From: Bdellovibrionota bacterium
GTDB taxonomy: Bacteria > Bdellovibrionota > UBA1018 > UBA923
DNA: 10,612 nt
Reading direction: 5' to 3'
Assembly (NCBI GenBank): GCA_040754655.1
Contig: JBFMCE010000109.1
Coordinates: forward strand, 1-10,612
The position numbers and the translations under genes were made by a program. Each line of letters opens with the position of its first letter. Position 1 is the first letter of the stretch. Positions 5,889 to 10,612 of this stretch are shown here, piece after piece. The notes below the pieces were generated by a model. That model searched no databases and was not told the origin of the DNA. It saw only the letters and a program-made list of their open reading frames with translations.

Positions 5889-7094
5889 CTACAGGTATTG
5901 CTCAATGACCTCGTTCAACGTGCTTACAAAGGCATCAACCTGTTCCAAGGTGTTGTCATGTGAAAAACTCACGCGCACGGTTGAAAGCGCGCGCTCGCGT
6001 CCGACTCCCATTTGCATGAGCGTGGCGTTGGGTTTTGGATTGGTTGAGTGACAGGCAGCGCCCGCAGAGATGCAGATTCCACGCGCCGAAAGAGCTTCCA
6101 CGGTCACTGCCGAAGGCAGCCCCGGAATCGAAAAGTTGACCGTTTGAGGCACGCGGTTCGGGCTTGCATTCGAAGTGTCATTGGGACCATTCAAGACAGC
6201 TTTCTTGGGTAGGGTCGAGAGGAGTCGCTCTCGAAGTATCAATAGTTTTTGTTTATTGAGCATGAAGTTCTTCATGCCCCATTCTACGGCTGTCATGAAG
6301 GCTCCCACGGCCGGAACGGGCACCGTGCCCGGGCGCATCCCGGATTGTTGGCTTGAGCCTTGGATGAGGCATCCGATCTTTGGATTGCGATTCTCGAATC
6401 TGCGTCCAAGAATGAGCGCTCCAATGCCCTTGGGGCCGCCAATCTTGTGGCTGCTCACGCTCGCCATGTCGGCTCCGAGTTCGTCTAAAGACAGTGGAAC
6501 TTTCATGAATGATTGAACCGCGTCGATGTGAAGAAGCGCATCGGGTTGTTTTGCCCGCATCAATTGCGAGATGGCCCGGATGTCTTGCACGGATCCGATT
6601 TCATTTTGAGCATGATGCAAACTGATCAGCCTTACGCGCGACTCCAACTCAGTCTCAAGCTGTGAGAGGTCGAGCAAGCCTTGTTGGTCAACGCCGATCC
6701 AGCAAACCTGGGCACCCATGCATTCCAACGAGTCGAACACCGCACTTGTCGCGGTATGCTCAACAGAGGAGGTGATGAGTTTTCCTTGGCCGCCGGATTT
6801 GAGCCAATGAAAAGCAGACGTCAGTCCGCCAAGCGCGCCCCAAATCGCAAGGTTATTCGATTCGGTTCCTCCAGACGTAAATACAACGTGGCTAGGAGGC
6901 ACATTAAAGTGCCTGCCCAAGGCCTCTTGAGCGCTATCAAGAACTTCTTGCGCCTGACGGCCCTTTCGATGCAACGAGCTTGAGTTTCCGGTAACGGAAA
7001 TCGTAAGCTCGTGAAGTTTTTCTGCTACACAGGCTAAGGGTGGGGTTGTTGCAGCATTGTCAAAGTAGATGGTACCAGTTAGGGTCGTCGACAT
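5889..7094 (-). CDS. PLP-dependent cysteine desulfurase, group I (IscS/NifS-like, NifZ-like context)
   Basis: IYFDNAATT, FTSGGTESNN, SVEH, HIDAVQ, PLP lysine motif SSHKIGGPKGIG, RPGT, catalytic Cys in ISAGAACHS. Ends 6 bp upstream of thiI. Confidence 0.95.
   Translation of the reverse strand: MSTTLTGTIYFDNAATTPPLACVAEKLHELTISVTGNSSSLHRKGRQAQEVLDSAQEALGRHFNVPPSHVVFTSGGTESNNLAIWGALGGLTSAFHWLKSGGQGKLITSSVEHTATSAVFDSLECMGAQVCWIGVDQQGLLDLSQLETELESRVRLISLHHAQNEIGSVQDIRAISQLMRAKQPDALLHIDAVQSFMKVPLSLDELGADMASVSSHKIGGPKGIGALILGRRFENRNPKIGCLIQGSSQQSGMRPGTVPVPAVGAFMTAVEWGMKNFMLNKQKLLILRERLLSTLPKKAVLNGPNDTSNASPNRVPQTVNFSIPGLPSAVTVEALSARGICISAGAACHSTNPKPNATLMQMGVGRERALSTVRVSFSHDNTLEQVDAFVSTLNEVIEQYL
7057..7085 (+). 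promoter_or_regulatory. Candidate sigma70 promoter for the lipid operon, lying inside the 5' end of the desulfurase gene
   Basis: TTGTCA (7057-7062), 17 nt, TAGGGT (7080-7085). The intergenic gap is only 29 bp, so a full promoter cannot fit in it. Confidence 0.35.
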
Positions 7095-7123
7095 GACCTT
7101 CTTCTACCAGACTTGGAGTTTTC

Positions 7124-8566
7124 GTGAAAGACCTAGTATCGCCGTTAGGTAAAGAAATTCTTTCATTATTTCAATGGGATAGCGATTTTGTGGCAGACGA
7201 TCTTTACACACGACGCGTCTATAGCAAAGACCTTTGGCCCAGAAATCTCATCCTTGCGCGGGAAGCGGAATTACCCCAAGAGCCTGCGGTTGATGCGATC
7301 ATATGGCCCTCAAGCACCAAGGATTTGTCAAAATTCGTAGAGATCGCCAACCAGAAGAATTGGGAAATCTTTGCTTACGGCGCGGGAAGCGGGGTTTGCG
7401 GCGGACTTACTCCGACTGGTGAACACCGAAGGCCGCGTTTGGTGGTGGACCTTAAACGGATGGATAAAATTGAGTCGCTCGACCCAGTCTCGCAAGTCGC
7501 AAAGGTCCAGGCAGGGATTCTTGGTCAGGTCTTAGAAGAAGATTTGAACGCCAAAGGTTTTACATTGGGCCATTTTCCGTCGTCGATTTATTGCTCGTCT
7601 TTTGGGGGTTATTTGGCGACGCGTGCGGCCGGCCAGCTTTCGACTTATTACGGAAAGATAGAAGACATTGTTCTGGCTCTCGAGGGCATTTTGCCGTCAG
7701 GTGAAATTTTCCAGACTCCGGATGCGCCTCGTATGGCGGTAGGACCTGACTGGAACCACTTCTTCCTGGGGAGCGAGGGCACGCTGGGATTTCTCACTGC
7801 GGCTTGGGTCAAGGTGCATAAACTTGCGGAGAATAGAAGGTTCCTCTCATTTCACGTGGAATCCACGGAAAAAGCGCTCGACGGCATTCGTGAATGGTTG
7901 CAGGCGGGGCTGCATCCTGCGGTCATAAGGCTCTATGATGAAGACGAGAGCCGCATGCTCATGGGATTGAAGGGCGGGGTGAAGCTGGTCTGCATCGTCG
8001 AAGGCGATCAAGAGATCGCGGACTTCACAGCTTCGTATATCTCAAAACTTTCGCTGCGTCGCGCGGGTTGGGTGGATACGGGGGAAGAGCCTGCCCAACA
8101 TTGGTGGGCTCACCGCTATGACGTGAGTTACAGGCAACAACAGATCATGAGCCATCGCCGGATGATTCTCGATACGTTTGAGGTGGCCACGCAGTGGTCA
8201 AAACTTCCACAACTGCATCGAGAGGTGAAGAAGGTCGTCGGACAAGTGAAAGACTTGCACGGCGGTATGTTGGTCATACTCGCTCACTTCTCGCACTTTT
8301 ATCATTGCGGCGGGAATATCTATTTTACTATCTGTGGAGCAAGCCCGCAGGACGTCGCTACGGCAGATTATTACGATTCGGTTTGGAAGGCTCTTCTAGA
8401 AGCCTGCATAAAACAAGGGGGAGCCGTGAGCCACCATCACGGCATCGGCAGGTTAAAAGCGCAGGCGTTCGCAAAGCAGCGTGGCGTTTTGCATGAGACA
8501 CTCAGGCGAATAAAAAATGAAATTGATCCAAAACATCTCTTCAACCCTGAAAACTTGGGTCTTTAA
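7124..8566 (+). CDS. FAD-linked oxidoreductase (VAO/PCMH fold), alkyl-dihydroxyacetonephosphate synthase (AGPS)-like
   Basis: GGAG before the GTG start. YGAGSGVCGG, VDLKRMDKI, GFTLGHFPSSIYCSSFGGYLATRAAGQLSTYYGKIEDIV, GPD...FLGSEGTLG, PAVIRLYD, DTFE, HFSHFYHCGGNIYF, SHHHGIG (triple His as in AGPS), DPKHLFNP. Confidence 0.88.
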   Translation: MKDLVSPLGKEILSLFQWDSDFVADDLYTRRVYSKDLWPRNLILAREAELPQEPAVDAIIWPSSTKDLSKFVEIANQKNWEIFAYGAGSGVCGGLTPTGEHRRPRLVVDLKRMDKIESLDPVSQVAKVQAGILGQVLEEDLNAKGFTLGHFPSSIYCSSFGGYLATRAAGQLSTYYGKIEDIVLALEGILPSGEIFQTPDAPRMAVGPDWNHFFLGSEGTLGFLTAAWVKVHKLAENRRFLSFHVESTEKALDGIREWLQAGLHPAVIRLYDEDESRMLMGLKGGVKLVCIVEGDQEIADFTASYISKLSLRRAGWVDTGEEPAQHWWAHRYDVSYRQQQIMSHRRMILDTFEVATQWSKLPQLHREVKKVVGQVKDLHGGMLVILAHFSHFYHCGGNIYFTICGASPQDVATADYYDSVWKALLEACIKQGGAVSHHHGIGRLKAQAFAKQRGVLHETLRRIKNEIDPKHLFNPENLGL

Positions 8567-9584
8567 GAATAAAGTCTTCAAGTTCAGCAAACGATACCGG
8601 CGCGATCCTCAGGCGTGTTTTTATTGCCCTGAGATGTGCCGCTTTTCGTGCCCAACGGCCGAAACCTTGCGCACGAATGCGATCACGCCCCGGGGGAAGA
8701 TGTCGCTGCTCCACCTTACGGAGCGGGGATATTCTGATGAGAACGTCGCAGGGGATTCGGTCTCGCGTCAATGGTTTCTTGAGCAGTGCACGGGTTGTGG
8801 AAGGTGCACTGAGTACTGCGTGCATGAGGTGGATGTGGCTTCAAACCTCAGGGAAGAGCGAAACAAGTTTTGGCAGGCTCAGAACCGATCCGGTTTAGAG
8901 GGCTCGTTTCAAGGGCTTTTGCGTTCTTTGGAGGTTCTTTCTGGAAGAGTGCTGTTCTGCGAACCTGGCCGAGCGTCGTGGTGGAATAAGAATGCGAGGC
9001 TCTTAAAAGACCTTCAAGTAGACCAGGCAGTTGAAGTTGATTTTCCTCACCGCGAGTGGGGTTGGGGAAAACTGCAATCTGAAAAGTTGGCTGAGATAGG
9101 CAAAGCCTTGAAAAAATGCGAACTGATCTATCTTGAGTCGCCTGAGGTGGGATGGTTTTTCGCCAAGGGCCTCAAAGCCGATGGAAAGGCTCTTAGCGCT
9201 GAAGTCCGCCTGGTCTGGCCTCAATTCTTTAAATTGATGGTGGGCGCGCCCCTCCCTCCGGGATTTGTCTTTCACGAAAGTTTTCATCTCACGCGGCTTT
9301 TACCTCGGTTGGGATACTCGATCCCCATGTACGAACGTGGTCAGATGCCTTTTCATAGCGGTTGGAATGTCTTGGATTGCGGGGGAGAGGGCTTTTACCG
9401 TCATGCCCATTTAGAAACCGCAAAAAAAATGGCTACCAGATTCTTAGGAGACCTTGGCAAGGATGGGCGCAAGATCGACAAGATTGTCTGCCAAAGCCTG
9501 GCCTGCGTTGAACATCTTAGGCAGGAAACATCGCTTCCCGTGGTGTATTGGCTAGATGAGGTTGTGGATGGCAGACAACGCTAA
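8517..9584 (+). CDS. Fe-S binding protein (GlpC/GlcF/HdrD-like) with two ferredoxin-type motifs and degenerate CCG domains
   Basis: CFYCPEMCRFSCP...TPRGKM and CTGCGRCTEYC. C-terminal remnants FHESFHL, DCGGEG, CQSLAC. ATG 8517 is the only in-frame ATG/GTG before the first Cys motif and overlaps the upstream gene by 50 bp. Confidence 0.82.
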   Translation: MKLIQNISSTLKTWVFKNKVFKFSKRYRRDPQACFYCPEMCRFSCPTAETLRTNAITPRGKMSLLHLTERGYSDENVAGDSVSRQWFLEQCTGCGRCTEYCVHEVDVASNLREERNKFWQAQNRSGLEGSFQGLLRSLEVLSGRVLFCEPGRASWWNKNARLLKDLQVDQAVEVDFPHREWGWGKLQSEKLAEIGKALKKCELIYLESPEVGWFFAKGLKADGKALSAEVRLVWPQFFKLMVGAPLPPGFVFHESFHLTRLLPRLGYSIPMYERGQMPFHSGWNVLDCGGEGFYRHAHLETAKKMATRFLGDLGKDGRKIDKIVCQSLACVEHLRQETSLPVVYWLDEVVDGRQR

Positions 9585-10545
9585 GACCTTCTTGATTATT
9601 CATAATCCGGCTTCTGGCTCGGGCAAGTCGTCAAAGGCGCTCAGGGAAGTTCTGACGCCGGGCGCTTCGATGCAGGGACTGATGAAGCTTGCGGGCGCAA
9701 CTAACCCGTCATCGTGGCCCATCGTTGAAACGACTGAAAATGAGACTTGGAAGGAAAGGGCCTTAGGGTTCTTGATGGCAGGAAGAGTCGCTGCGGTCGT
9801 GGTCATCGGCGGGGATGGCACATTCGCCGAGGCGGTTCGGATGCTTTACGGTCAAAAAGTAAAATCTGCGCTGCCCGGTATTGCGCAGGTCGCGTTTGTG
9901 CCGATTCCCGCGGGCAGAGGGAATGATTTCGTGAAAACACTCTGTGGGTTCACCCAAGAGAGTGAAAAATTTTGGGCGTGGGCGGATCAGGCTCAGGGCT
10001 GGACTGATCAAGCCATTGACCTCGTCAGCGCCAACGGCAGGGTTTTCTTGAACATGGCGAGCATTGGGTACGGCGGCCATGTGGTTGAAAAGGCCCAGAG
10101 CCGCAACGCCTTCTGGTCAAAAAGCTCGCTCGTTTATCAGATTGAGGGCGCGCTTGCCTTGGTGGAATCAAAAGAAGTGCGTTGCGAAGTGAAAGCTGAT
10201 GGGGAAACCGTCTATTCCGGCGCGTTTTTCGGAGGCTTCGTAGGAAACGGAAAGGCAAACGGCAGCGGGCTTTACTGGTTGCCTGAAGCAGCGCTTTCGG
10301 ATGGAAAGATGGATTTCATCGTGTTTCCAAAACCCAGCATCCTTGAAATGGGAAAAACGATCAAAGAGGTTAAGAATAGGCGAAGACCGGCGTTCAACCA
10401 TTATTCTTCGAAGGCTTCTGATCTGACGTTCCACTTTGATCAAGAAGTCGCCTTAGAGCTTGACGGTGACTTGTGTGAATCAAAGGCGGTTCTTGAGTTC
10501 CACGCCCTTCCTCGGGCGCTTCGCGTATGGAGGGCGTCGAACTAG
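9568..10545 (+). CDS. Diacylglycerol/lipid kinase family protein (DgkB/YegS/Rv2252-like)
   Basis: IIHNPASGSG, GGDGT, IPAGRGNDF, IDL...FLNMASIG, VGNGKANGSG, DGKMD, ELDGD. GAGG 6 nt before ATG 9568 (ATG 9556 is the alternative). Overlaps the Fe-S gene end by 17 bp. Confidence 0.92.
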   Translation: MADNAKTFLIIHNPASGSGKSSKALREVLTPGASMQGLMKLAGATNPSSWPIVETTENETWKERALGFLMAGRVAAVVVIGGDGTFAEAVRMLYGQKVKSALPGIAQVAFVPIPAGRGNDFVKTLCGFTQESEKFWAWADQAQGWTDQAIDLVSANGRVFLNMASIGYGGHVVEKAQSRNAFWSKSSLVYQIEGALALVESKEVRCEVKADGETVYSGAFFGGFVGNGKANGSGLYWLPEAALSDGKMDFIVFPKPSILEMGKTIKEVKNRRRPAFNHYSSKASDLTFHFDQEVALELDGDLCESKAVLEFHALPRALRVWRASN

Positions 10546-10565
10546 GAAAAAAGTTCCTGGTATTT
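10541..10565 (+). terminator. Weak hairpin spanning the kinase stop codon; possible terminator
   Basis: ACTAGGAA-AAAAG-TTCCTGGT (8 bp stem with one G-U) followed by only ATTT. Confidence 0.2.
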
Positions 10566-10612
10566 GGCGTCTCTTTTTCAATCTCACCCCTTTACTGACT
10601 AAAATTTGATCA

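Noticed and set aside
4603..6983. ORFs 4603..4815, 4622..4930, 4779..4979, 5028..5408, 5459..5683, 5680..6051, 6175..6516 and 6681..6983
   Set aside because: Alternate-frame or antisense to thiI and the desulfurase, with no protein-like signatures.
7124..9584. Calling the FAD and Fe-S genes glcD/glcF or glpC
   Set aside because: The flavoprotein has AGPS-type HFP.S and HHHG motifs rather than GlcD-type PDP.S and EHG. There is no glcE or glpAB, and the CCG Cys are degenerate.
10502..10537. Inverted repeat ACGCCCT / AGGGCGT near the end of the kinase gene
   Set aside because: A short stem inside coding sequence with a long loop, compatible with chance.

Overview
Gene-dense bacterial window of roughly 50% GC with ten credible CDSs and no rRNA, tRNA, CRISPR or mobile element that I can support. 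Gene content loosely suggests a Bdellovibrionota/Myxococcota-like organism, but that is inference only. From left to right: (1) a secreted hypothetical protein (+); (2) a minus-strand two-gene unit of an HNH endonuclease overlapping an unusual protein that fuses an ECF-sigma-like domain, a zinc-anti-sigma (ZAS)-like motif, a transmembrane helix and an extracytoplasmic domain, apparently on a leaderless transcript; (3) a divergent TlpA-family thioredoxin and a secreted coiled-coil protein with strictly periodic Asn; (4) a cysteine desulfurase plus a rhodanese-less ThiI (tRNA s4U8 synthesis) on the minus strand; (5) a divergent three-gene lipid module of an alkyl-DHAP-synthase-like flavoprotein, an Fe-S protein with degenerate CCG domains and a diacylglycerol-kinase-family enzyme. 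The best candidates for undescribed systems are the HNH plus membrane-tethered sigma/anti-sigma fusion and the AGPS-like/Fe-S/DAGK module. All calls come from reading motifs by eye; no searches were run.
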